NCBI GenBank assembly: GCA_964016885.1
Contig: OZ024759.1
Span: 10,230,001-10,294,000, forward strand
Direction of reading: 5' to 3'
From: Eledone cirrhosa
Taxonomy: Eukaryota
DNA: 64,000 bases
Below the pieces are notes generated by a model. That model was not told the DNA's origin, searched no databases, and worked only from the letters and a program-made list of their open reading frames with translations. This document shows, piece by piece, positions 40,937-52,124 of the stretch. Every line of letters begins with the position of its first letter. Position 1 is the stretch's first letter. The position numbers were made by a program, and so were the translations under genes.

Positions 40937-41105
40937 GAAGAACTGATAGTATCCTACAAGTGTTCCAAAGATGTTCCCAAGATTATTGATGCTGAGTGGG
41001 GGCAGTCCGATAAACCAGTGGTCTTAATGTCTGATGGTTGTATCAGAGTTTTTGACCTGACCATGAAGAAAGCTTCCTCCCATATGATGGACTGGGATTT
41101 AGAAG
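40937..41105 (+). CDS. WDR11: WDR11 exon L
   Basis: ttttag|GAA..G|gtattc; IIDAEWGQSDKPVVLMSDGCIRVFDLTMK; phase 0->1. Confidence 0.92.
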
Positions 41106-41510
41106 GTATTCCAACATTCCAGTATTCAAACATTCTACTATTCCAACATTCTACTATTCCAACATTCCAGTATTCAAACATTCTACTATTCCAACATTCT
41201 AGTATTCCAACATTCCAGTATTCCAACATTCTACTATTCCAACATTCCAGTATTCAAACATTCCAGTATTCAAACATTCCAGTATTCCAAATTCCAGTAT
41301 TTCAACATTACAGTATTCCAACATTCCAGTATTCCAATATTCCAACATTCCTTCACTCTTCTTTTCTATTGGTTTTCAATAATATATCATCGTTTTATAT
41401 CTTTTATATCAGCATCTCACTTATATACGATCTGAACGGTATCTTCAGACAAAAATTTGATTTTGTGATATGTCGCATTAAAAAAACACATCCTTCTTGT
41501 GTGCCCGGCT

Positions 41511-41543
<33 letters not shown>

Positions 41544-41579
41544 CGACTTTAAATGATAATGGGGATCATCATTGCTTAA

Positions 41580-42075
41580 CCCTTTAACATTTACATTACT
41601 CTATATTTATTATTGTATTTTCACAGTAAAGGCTTTACCTCACATAATATCTCGCATAACATTTACATTACTCTATATATACTATTGTATTGTCACAGTA
41701 AAGGCTTTACCTCACATAATATCTCACATAACATTTACATTACTCTATATATACTATTGTATTGTCACAGTAAAGGCTTTACCTCACATAATATCTCACA
41801 TAACATTTACATTACTCTATATATACTATTGTATTTTCACAGTAAAGGCTTTACCTCACATAATATCTCACATAACATTTACATTACTCTATATATACTA
41901 TTGTATTTTCATGGTAAACACTTTATCTCACATAATATCGAATCTATGAGATGTTGATATTATTTATTTTGAGAACAATACCTTAATGTTGGTATAAGCA
42001 ATCAGTATCAGCAGATTTGAACAGAAAGAGGTGAAAGAATTCTGGCCGGATACAGCCGGTTTAAATGCTAAAGGG
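41580..42075. mobile_element. piggyBac-like MITE with 72-bp array (~5 units)
   Basis: TTAA|ccctttaacattta..taaatgctaaaggg|TTAA; same family as 7616-8479. Confidence 0.85.
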
Positions 42076-42589
42076 TTAACATCCATTTTCCCCGCTAGCA
42101 TAAGTTAGATGTGTTGTCCCATTGAGAGACAAGTCAGATCAGGTGACCATGTTTACTCATACAGATCTGTTTCTCGTTTGGTTTCTACGGCTAGATGCCC
42201 TTCCTAATGGCAACCACACTCACAGAGTAGACAGGGTGCTTTTTATTGAGACTCCAAAACGACCAACCAACAGGGTGGATTGGCTTCTTTTACATTGTAT
42301 CACCAGCATGACCACTTTATAATGTTGACTGGGTGCTTTTTGTCATGTCACCAATAAGACCACTTTACACTGGTCATACACACTGGTTTTTTCTCTATTT
42401 TTTTCTGTTTCTTTCTCTTAACATTCTCTTTTTATTTCGTCTTTTATTTCTCATTCTATCATTTGATGAAGGACTAGTGTCTGAAACGTTAAGACTCTTT
42501 TCCTATTATTTAAAGCATTAAACTAATATATTTCTTCATTATAATGTGTTGTTTACTTTGTTATTTCTGTTTACTTTTTACATGTATAT

Positions 42590-43010
42590 CATCATCATTT
42601 TACGTCGCTTTTCTCTGGTTGCAAGGGTGGGACAGATCCTCTTCAGCACAGCATCTCTCCATTTGTCACGGTCCTTTGTCATCTCCTCCATGAGCTTCAA
42701 TAATCTGAGGTCAGCTCTCATCATCACCTCTGCCCATGATTTTCGTGGTCTTCCTCTACTGTGTCTTCGCTCCACTGGGATTTCTTGGCACTTCTTTACC
42801 CAGCGGTCATCCTCCATGCGCATCACATGTCCATACCATCTCAGTCTTCTCTCTCACACACTACAGTTTATTCCTCTCATACACAGTTTCTCTCTCAACA
42901 CATCCATGCTTGGTCTTTCACTCACATTGACATTGCACATCCATATGACCATCCTTGCTTCATTTCTCTCCATCCTTCACATATCCTCTGCAGTTGCTGT
43001 CCATGTCTCA
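42590..43010 (-). mobile_element. RTE LINE 3' end
   Basis: MRMEDDRWVKKC..RGRPRKSWAEV..DRDKWR; (gat)n tail. Confidence 0.87.
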
Positions 43011-43043
43011 CTAATACATATTTATATTTTTGTTTTTCTTCAG

Positions 43044-43212
43044 AAAAAATCTTTTGCCCTTCGTTCCTGCCATCTCCAGGATCTCTGTTGATGAAGACAT
43101 TCCTCCAACATCAGCCATGGAATGAGAAATACACCTTTCAACTGACAGGTATGAGGGACGAGGAGCAAGAAATTCAGACGGCTGTCAATAAACAATTAAA
43201 ACTTATTAACAG
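43044..43212 (+). CDS. WDR11: WDR11 exon M
   Basis: ttcag|AA..AG|gtaacg; IFCPSFLPSPGSLLMKTFLQHQPWN; phase 1->2. Confidence 0.93.
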
Positions 43213-43314
43213 GTAACGTTCTCCCTTTGTAGTTCTCATTAGTTCACCTGTCGTTAATAATTCGTAATGACTATTGTAAGAGTAGTAATAACAGTGCTAT
43301 TATTTATTTATCTT

Positions 43315-44020
43315 GTGGTAATGACAGTAGTAATAACGGTGGTAATGACAGTAGTAATAACTGTTGTAATGACAGTAGTAATAACGGTGGTAACGACAGT
43401 AGTAGTAACTGTTGTAATGACAGTAGTAATAACTGTTGTAATGACAGTAGTAATAACTGTGGTAATGACAGTAGTAATAACTGTGGTAATGACTGTTGTA
43501 ATAAATGTTGTAATGACAGTAGTAGTAACTGTTGTAATGACAGTAGTAATAACTGTGGTAATGACAGTAGTAATAACTGTTGTAATGACAGTAGTAATAA
43601 CTGTGGTAATGACAGTAGTAATAACTGTGGTAATGACAGTAGTAGTAACTGTTGTAATGACAGTAGTAGTAACTGTTGTAATGACAGTAGCAATAACTGT
43701 TGTAATGACAGTAGCAATAACTGTTGTAATGACTGGTAATAACTGTTGTAATGACAGTAGTAATAACTGTGGTAATGACAGTAGTAATAACTGTGGTAAT
43801 GACAGTAGTAATAACTGGGGTAATGACAGTAGTAATAACTGTGGTAATGACTAGTAATAACTTGTAATGACTAATAATAACTGGTAACGACAGTAGTAAT
43901 AACTGTGGTAATGACTAGTAATAACTTGTAATGACAGTACCAATGGTGGTGGTAATAAATATTGTAATGACAGTAGTAATAAATATTGTAATGACAGTAG
44001 TAATAACTAGTAATAACTGT
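43315..44020. repeat. 24-bp minisatellite filling intron M-N
   Basis: gtaatgacagtagtaataactgtg units. Confidence 0.9.
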
Positions 44021-44041
44021 GTTGTTATTTCTATCATTCAG

Positions 44042-44107
44042 TGACTTGATGACTTACCTTCCTTCTTCAAAGTTTGGTGTAGCTCAACGTTGTCTTTTTA
44101 TTGCCAA
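44042..44107 (+). CDS. WDR11: WDR11 exon N
   Basis: ttcag|T..AA|gtaagt; DLMTYLPSSKFGVAQRCLFIAK; phase 2->2. Confidence 0.9.
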
Positions 44108-44192
44108 GTAAGTCATTACTTTCTACATATTCTACAATGATAACACTATACTTACTGCTGCTGCTGCTGCTGCTTATTTTTATTATATAAAG

Positions 44193-45700
44193 GAGTGGTT
44201 GCCAACCAGTGGTCTGGAGACCACTGGTGGTCCGAGATATAGTTTGGCTCCAAGGAAAAATTTGGACATTATTTGCAATTTTTTATTTTTTATTAATAAC
44301 TAGCCAAATTACCCGTGCCTTGCTGCGTTTCACAAGTTTCTTTTGTAAGAAAATGATATAATAAAATGAAGAGAAAATGTTTAAAAAGTAGAGGCACTAA
44401 CTAATCATTTTTGTTGTCATAATTCTAGTGATGTTTTGCCATAGATAAAATGTCTAAATTAGCCAAATTTTACTATAAAAGAAAGGTGTTTTTTTTTTGT
44501 TAATTTACGTTTAATTAATAGAAAAACCCCGTGATATTAGAGGTTCCAATACTCAAGTTATGGGCTTCCAAAATGTTCACTATAGTGGGTTTAACCCCCA
44601 ATAGGGTGTCTTAATATTATTGGAATTTGCTGAAATGTTGTGAATAGGCTTCATATCTTGTCATTTACCTATGGTTTAAATTTCATATAAATCGAAGGGA
44701 AAAAATTTAAGCGGGGGCAAGCGGGGGTTTGTGCCCCCAGGGAACCCTTTCATTAAAATGAAATATACTTATCCAAGCAATGTAATTTCAGAATATATAT
44801 AGTTATGGGGGTCTATCTCCAAAACCATAGGATGAGTTCGTGAACAAACAAACAAACAGACAGAAACTACAACTTTATATATATATAGATAAAACAAAAA
44901 TAATATTCGGTTAAAATATATTTTATAAGCACCCGAAAAAATGTTTTAATTGGTGATCAGATTAGCAAGGGAGGAGGGTGCTCCGAGGCCATAGTATCTA
45001 GAATAAGGACGGGCTGGGAGAAGTTTAGGGAGCTGCTACCTCTGTTGACAAAGAAGAGTTTCTCCGTGCGAACGAAAGGCCGGTTATATGATGCCTGTGT
45101 GAGATGTGTGATGCTGCATGGTAGTGAGACATGGGCAGAAACTGCAGAGGATATGTGATGGCTGGAGAGAAACGAAGCAAGCATGCTCCATTGGATGTGC
45201 AATGTCAATGTGCGTGAACAACCGAGCATAGATGAGTTGAGAGAGAAACTGTATAAGAGGGATAGGCCGTAGTGTGCGAGAGAGGAGACTGAGATGCTAT
45301 GGACAGGGGATGCGCATGGAGGATGACCGATGGTTGAAGAAGTGCTAAGAAATCCCAGTAGAAGGAAGACGCAGTAGAGGAAGACCATGAAAATCATGGG
45401 CAGAGGTGATGATGAGAGCTGACCTCAGATTGTTAAAGCTCATGGAGGAGATGACAAAGGACCGTGACAAATGGAGAGATGCTGTGCTGAATAGGACCTG
45501 CTCCACTTTTGCAAGCTGGGAAAAAGCGGATGTAAAATGATGATGATGATGATGAGAATTTCATATTAATAAAGTGGAAGTTCTCTGATCATTATTTTAT
45601 AAATCTATTTATCTTTTTAAAAAAATTCATATTAGTGGTCTGTGGGATTTAAAATTTTGAATTTAGTTGTCCGTGAGGTCCGAAAGGTTGGTGACTGCTG
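44193..45700. mobile_element. hAT MITE with nested Helitron (44300-44889, minus) and RTE 3' end (44957-45553, plus)
   Basis: Perfect 8-bp TSD ATATAAAG; TIR agtggttgccaacc/ggttggtgactgct; RTE motifs KGRLYDACVR..MLHGSETW. Confidence 0.82.
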
Positions 45701-45885
45701 ATATAAAGTATATCAACTATGTGAAAGTTATAATATATCAACTATTTCTAACTGATAATATATATTATATATATTACCATATCAACTATATCTAAATTAT
45801 AATATATTATATGTTACCAAATCAACTATTTCTAGGTTATAATATATTATATGTTACCATATCAAATATTACTAGGTTATAATCA

Positions 45886-46225
45886 TTTCATTTTCATTTC
45901 ATTTTACGTCCGCTTTTCCCTGCTTGCAAGGGTGGGACGGGAACTGATACTGGCTTGATTTCTACAGCTGGATGCCCTTCCTAACACCAACCTCATTTAC
46001 AGTGAGTGCTGGGTGCTTTTTTGCCGTGGCACCTCCACGTCCACTTTGCAGTGGAATGATATGGACCCCAGTCCCTATCATCTCATTTCTACAGCTGAGT
46101 AAACTGGAGCAATGTGAAATAAAGTGTCTTGCTCAAGGAAACAACACATCACCTGGTCTGAGAATTGAACTCACAACCTTTCGATTGCAAGGCCAATGCT
46201 CTAACCACTAAGCCATGTGCCTCCA
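45886..46225 (-). mobile_element. Full-length CORE-type SINE (family of 5188-5530)
   Basis: Near-identical to 4278-4621. Confidence 0.87.
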
Positions 46226-46261
46226 TAATATGTTATAATTTCAATTATTTTTAGGTTATAA

Positions 46262-47005
46262 TCATCATCATCATCATCATCATCGTTTAACGTCTATCTT
46301 CCATGCTAGCATGGATTTAGACGGGAATTGTCCCACTTAAGGCAAGATTGGTTGTCTCGCTCGTGTAGGACTGTCTGGCAGGTTTTCTACAGCTGGATGC
46401 CCTTCCTAACACCAACCTCGTTTACAGTGTGGACTGGGAGGTTTATACCGTGTTACCTACACGACCACATTACAGTGTGGACTGTGTGTTTTTTTTTTTG
46501 TTGTGACACCTACACGACCTCATTTATTTTGGACTGGATGTTGTGCTACCAACATAACTTTACAGAGAAAGGGGTGGGGAAGTGGGGGGAGGGGTGGAGT
46601 TGGGGCAGTGGGATAGGGGTGTATATTTGATTAAGAGGCGCCTACTGACTGTAGGTTTCGCTTTGTACATAGGCAAGGCGGGTCTTCGGTATTATTGCGT
46701 AGCTCCAAAGATCTCGGTCCAGTGACATTGTCTTGGAGAGGTGAAAGTGTGTGAGGTCGGAATTTATAAAGTCGTCCCAGGTCTTTCTGGGTCTACCTAC
46801 TCCGTGGCTACCATCAATTTTGATCGCCCTGCACTTTTTTATACAGCTGTCGTCTTTCATGCGCATCACGTGGCCATACCAACGTAGTCTTCTCTCGAGT
46901 AAACAACATCTGATCCCTCTTATTCCTAATTTCTCACTTGGTTCATTTATGCTTTGCCATTCACGTATATTACTATTACACATCCAACGGAGCATGCATG
47001 CTTCA
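46262..47005 (-). mobile_element. RTE LINE 3' end whose 3' region carries ~2 units of the 48-bp motif
   Basis: RRLRWYGHVMRM..GRPRKTW, stop, then 48-bp motif and (gat)n tail. Confidence 0.8.
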
Positions 47006-47010
47006 ATATG

Positions 47011-47324
47011 TTATAATATCAACTATTTCTAGGTTATAATATGTTATAATATCAACTATTTCTAGGTTAAAATATGTTTTAATATCAACTATTTCTAGGT
47101 TATAATATGTTTTAATATCAACTATTTCTAGGTTATAATATGTTTTAATATCAACTATTTCTAGGTTATAATATGTTATAATATCAACTATTTCTAGGTT
47201 ATAATATGTTATAATATCAACTATTTCTAGGTTATGTTATAATATCAACTATTTCTAGGTTATGCTATAATATCAACTATTTCTAGATTATAATATGTTA
47301 TAATATCAACTATTTCTAGGTTAT
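47011..47324 (+). repeat. 33-bp array containing the exon O splice acceptor
   Basis: ttataatatcaactatttctag|gttat x10; last unit is the real acceptor. Confidence 0.92.
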
Positions 47325-47404
47325 TTGGTGACGAAGCTGAACTTCATTTTTGGACAGTTGCTCTCCATTATATCAGATCAGAGAAAATATCACCCATGAG
47401 TAAG
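47320..47404 (+). CDS. WDR11: WDR11 exon O
   Basis: tttctag|G..AAG|gtaagt; LFGDEAELHFWTVALHY; phase 2->0. Confidence 0.93.
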
Positions 47405-47524
47405 GTAAGTTGACACTGGCACAACATCTACAGAAGATTACACAGTGTTATATACCACTACACACATTACATAACACAACACACTGCACATTACACATAT
47501 TACATAACACTACACACATTACAC

Positions 47525-48655
47525 CGTGTCTCACTCATATAGGACTGTATTTGGCAGTTTTCTATGGCTGGATGCCCTTCCTAACACCAACCACATTTAC
47601 AGTGTGGACTGGGAGGTTTTTTTACTGAGTCTCTTACATGACCACTTTACAGCATGGACTGGGTGCTTTTTGTCATGACACCTACATGACCACTTTACAG
47701 TGTGGACTGGGTGCTTTTTGTCGTGACACCTACACAACCTCTTTACAGTGTGGACTGGGTACTTTTTGTCGTGACACCTACATGACCACTTTACAGTGTG
47801 GACTGGGTGCTTTTTGTCGTGACACCTACATGACCACTTTACAATGTGGACTGGGTACTTTTTGTCGTGACACCTACACGACCACTTTACAATGTGGACT
47901 GGGTACTTTTTGTCGTGACACTTACATGACCACTTTACAATGTGGACTGGGTACTTTTTGTCATGACACCTACACGACCACTTTACAGTGTGGACTGGGT
48001 GCTTTTTGTCATGACACCTACATGACTACTTTACAGTGTGGACTGGGTACTTTTTGTCATGACACCTACATGACCACTTTACAATGTGGACTGGGTACTT
48101 TTTGTCGTGACACCTACATGACCACTTTACAGTGTGTGCTGGGTACTTTTTGTCGTGACACCTACATGACCACTTTACAATGTGGACTGGGTACTTTTTG
48201 TCGTGACACCTACATGACCACTTTACAGTGTGGACTGGGTGCTTTTTGTCGTGACACCTACACGACCACTCTACAGTGTGGACTGGGTGCTTTTTGTCGT
48301 GACACCTACACGACCACTTTACAGTGTGGACTGGGTGCTTTTTGTCATGACACCTACACGACCACTTTACAGTGTGGACTGGGTGCTTTTTGTCATGACA
48401 CCTACACGACCACTTTACAGTGTGGACTGGGTGCTTTTTGTCGTGACACCTACACGACCACTTTACAGTGTGTGCTGGGTGCTTTTTGTTGTGACACCTA
48501 CACAACCTCTGTGGTACCAACATAACTTTACAGAGAAAGGGGTGGTGTTGGTGGGAGTGGGAGGATGGAGTAAGTGTAGTGGGTTGGGGTGTATATTTGG
48601 TTAAGAGGGGCCTACTGACTGTAGGTTTAACTTTGTACCTAAGGGAAGGCGGATA
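47525..48655 (-). mobile_element. Second copy of the 46262-47005 element, 48-bp motif expanded to ~19 units
   Basis: Shares accaacataactttacagagaaagggg and cctactgactgtaggttt flanks. Confidence 0.8.
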
Positions 48656-48687
48656 CCTATATATACATTTTTGTTTATCAACTGCAG

Positions 48688-48882
48688 AATGTTAGCCGCA
48701 GTGTATCGGAGGGAATGATTGGGGACCTGTTTGTCCCTCTGGGCCCTAACAACAAGGAGGTCCATGATTTGGTGGTGTTTGATAACCCCAAACAAAACAA
48801 CAACAGCATCTTATGTCAACAGTTCCGAGATGAACCACTGGAGAAATGTTATGATGTCCTTCAAGACAGTGCTACCTTTCAG
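48688..48882 (+). CDS. WDR11: WDR11 exon P
   Basis: ctgcag|AAT..CAG|gtaagt; ends PLEKCYDVLQDSATFQ; phase 0->0; acceptor less certain than donor. Confidence 0.87.
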
Positions 48883-48907
48883 GTAAGTTCACACACAGGT
48901 GTGTATG

Positions 48908-48938
<31 letters not shown>

Positions 48939-50119
48939 GTGTGTATGTCTGTATGTGCGTGTATGTCTGTATGTGTGTGTATGTCTGTATGTATGTATGT
49001 GTGTATGTCTGTATGTGTGTGTGTGTGTATGTCTGTGTCTGTATGTGCATGCATGTCTGTATGTGTGTGTATGTATGTGTGTGTATGTATGTATGTGTGT
49101 GTGTGTCTGTGTATGTATGTGTGTGTATGTCTGTGTGAGTGTGTATGTGTGTGTATATATCTGTGTATATATGTGTGTGTGTGTGTATCTGTGTGTGTGT
49201 ATGTAAGTGTGTGTCTGTGTATGTGTGTGTATGTCTGTGTGTGTGTGTATGTCTGTGTGTGTGTGTGTGTGTGTATATATCTGTGTGTGTGTGTATGTCT
49301 GTGTGAGTGTGTATGTCTGTGTGTGTTATAAACCCCACTATCAGGCTAGAAATTTCTTTAGTCTAAAATACGGTGAAAGCTTATAATTTCTAATTTTCAA
49401 ACTCGCGCACCGTTTCAAAAACATACTTACATGTTTACATTTATAATTTGCTTGTTTATATATATATATATATATATATCATCATCATCATCATCACCGT
49501 TTTACGTCCATTCTTCCATGCTAGCATGGGTTATACGGGTTGTCCTGTTGTGGGCAGTGTCTGGTCGGCTGACCATGCCTTGCTCATACAGGAACTGATC
49601 TGGCTTGATTTCTACAGCTGGATGCCCTTCCTAACACCAACCTCATTTACAGTGAGTGCTGGGTGCTTTTTCGTGGCGCCTACACGTCCACTTTACAGTG
49701 TGGGCTGGGTGCTTTTTTGCCGTGGCACCTCCACGACCACCTTGCAGTGGGGGGTGTGGGGGCATATTGTCTATATGCTTCAGCTTGTACCCATGGGAGT
49801 CGGGTACTCTGTATTACTGCGTGACGCCAGAGGTCACGGTCGTGTGTCATCATATATATATATATGTGTGTGTATATGTTAAGTATTTCTGTAGAAAAGG
49901 TAAAGGAAAGAAGAGTGCTCTATATATAGTACAGAGCTATTTAATTACATAATAAACAACACAGTATAATTCTTCCATTACCAAAGGTTTCACGAAGTTA
50001 GACGATTCTAACAGAAACGTCTGTTTCGTTCATCAGATATATATATATAAACAAAAAATATATATATATATAATATATATATATAAACAAAAAATATATA
50101 TATATATATATATATATAT

Positions 50120-51656
50120 AGTCATTTTTTCATTTAATGACCGTGAGGGTGACCTTTTCGCGGGTCGGTCATTAAAAAAAAAAATGACTAAATTAAAAAA
50201 TTTCGAAAATCAAAATAATTTTTTACTGAAAAATTGAAGAAACCTAATTTTTAAATGTCCTAATATAGTCCTTATTAGCGGCCTTCTTTTTTTCTTGGTT
50301 CTCAGCAAGCTTTCACGCAGTTGACCAACAATTATCAGCGCGCTGTTTTCATTTTTCAGAAAATATCTTTCAAGGCCCTCCAAATATGCCAAGGCGTCCG
50401 CATATCCAATTGTGCCCTTGGGCGGCGGATCTGTGATGCAAGACTCTTCTAGTTCTTCACATTCCATCGTATACTCATTGAAATTTTTCAAAAAATCACC
50501 ATCAATATCAATCCTCTCATCCTCAGTTGGGAAGTAGTTTAATTCAGCTTCTTCTATTATCATCTTGAAATTCCGGTTTCCTCATGGAGGACTCCTCGTT
50601 TTCATTCTTATCAATGGAGCAGCGTCAGTTATCAAACGCTTTCGTGAAACAGTTTTTTTATTGTTTCTTTTATCACTGCACCCCACGATTCGATGCACAG
50701 TGGCAGAGAATCGACTATTTTGTACTCTTTTAATTGTATTTCATAGGATTTTTCTAAATTATCTTCCTCCATGCTTAAATTCCTTGTGAAGATGTTTTTT
50801 GTACTTTGCTTTGAATGATCGAATGATTCCCTGATCAAGGGGTTGTATTTTCGATGTTGTGTTTGCAGGGAGATAATAAAGTTCAACATTTGAAAATTCT
50901 TTGTCGATACAGTGTACAGTTGCGTTGTCCAATAGTAACAGAGTTGTTCTAATGGAACTAATCATTTGATCATTTAATCCCTCCAACCAATCTAAAAAAA
51001 TTGTAGTTGTCATCCAGGCCTTTTTACGTTCATGGTGTTGAAATTAAGGTCCTTGAAACCCCGTGGACACTTGTACTTTCCTATAATCAGAGGTTTTAGT
51101 TTTTCACCCAACATGCTGGTACAGAACAGAATGGTGAATCTTTCTTTGGAAAACTTTCCGCTTGCCTTGTCCTCGTCGCTGAGAATTAGTGTTCTGGTTG
51201 GGGGGGGCACTTAAAAAACAGGCCCGTTTCATCACAGTTGAACACGTCTTCTGGCTGGTATTTTTTTGTAAATTTTTTCGAATTCGTTCCAAGTTTCTCT
51301 CAAAATGACGGGGTCCACCAATCCTTCCTCCAGATATCAAACCAGATTTGATGCCGTATTTTGATTTGAAGCGTGTGATCCATGTAAAAGCCTTGAAATC
51401 GTGTACACCCAATTTTTTGTTTATTTTAATCGCCATTATTGCCAAAAGGTCATTGGTCATGGTGTGATTTGCCTTTCTTTTCTTTTGGACCCACTCATAT
51501 AAAATTTTGTAGACATCGTCGTTTTTTTTGCTCTTGAGAATGTTTTTTCGAGCATTCGATTCATCGTTTTGGGTCAAATAATTTTCTTTGTTTTTCATAA
51601 TTGTGTTTATGGTTCCCTTTGGCATGCCAAATTTTGTTGCAAGTTGTTCCTTTCCA
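50120..51656 (-). mobile_element. Tigger/pogo-family transposon; frameshifted transposase, N-terminus lost
   Basis: CENP-B-like HTH (QLATKFGMPKGTINTIMKNK, WITRFKSKYGI); DDE motifs LLLLDNATVH, LPANTTSKIQPLDQGIIRSFK; terminal hairpin next to (TA)n. Confidence 0.88.
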
Positions 51657-51837
51657 GCACAGAGTTGCGTCCCTTTACGTTCTGAGTTCAAATCCCGCTG
51701 AGGTGAACTTTGCCTTTCATCCTTACGGGGGTCGATAAAATAAAGTACCAGTAATGTACTGCAGTAATTGCTGGCCCCTTGTGCCAAAAAGTAGAAACGA
51801 ATATATATTATTCTGTGTATTCTGTGGAATGTTCCAG

Positions 51838-51940
51838 AAATACCAACTAGACCGTATTGCCCTCCACGACAGTAAGAGAGCAACATATGAGAACACCAAG
51901 AAATGTGCTGAGAACTACATGTTGTTAGGCCAAACTGACC
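51838..51940 (+). pseudogene. Partial duplicate of WDR11 exon Q (first 103 nt) with intact acceptor
   Basis: Near-identical to 54697-54799 plus about 95 nt of upstream intron; diverges after CAAACTGACC; in-frame TAG at 51985. Confidence 0.85.
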
Positions 51941-52124
51941 AAGTAGTCGGTGTCAGGGGGGTGGATGTGGTCGGTGAGGTGTTGTAGTGGTTGTTGTGTT
52001 CCTTGAACTGGCAAGTTGTTGCTCATTGAAGACTTGCATGCTTGAGTGGGTCAGGAACTATGGTGAAAAATGACCAAAATACAATCAGTTAACAGCAACA
52101 GCAGCGCTTGTTGTTGTTGTGACC

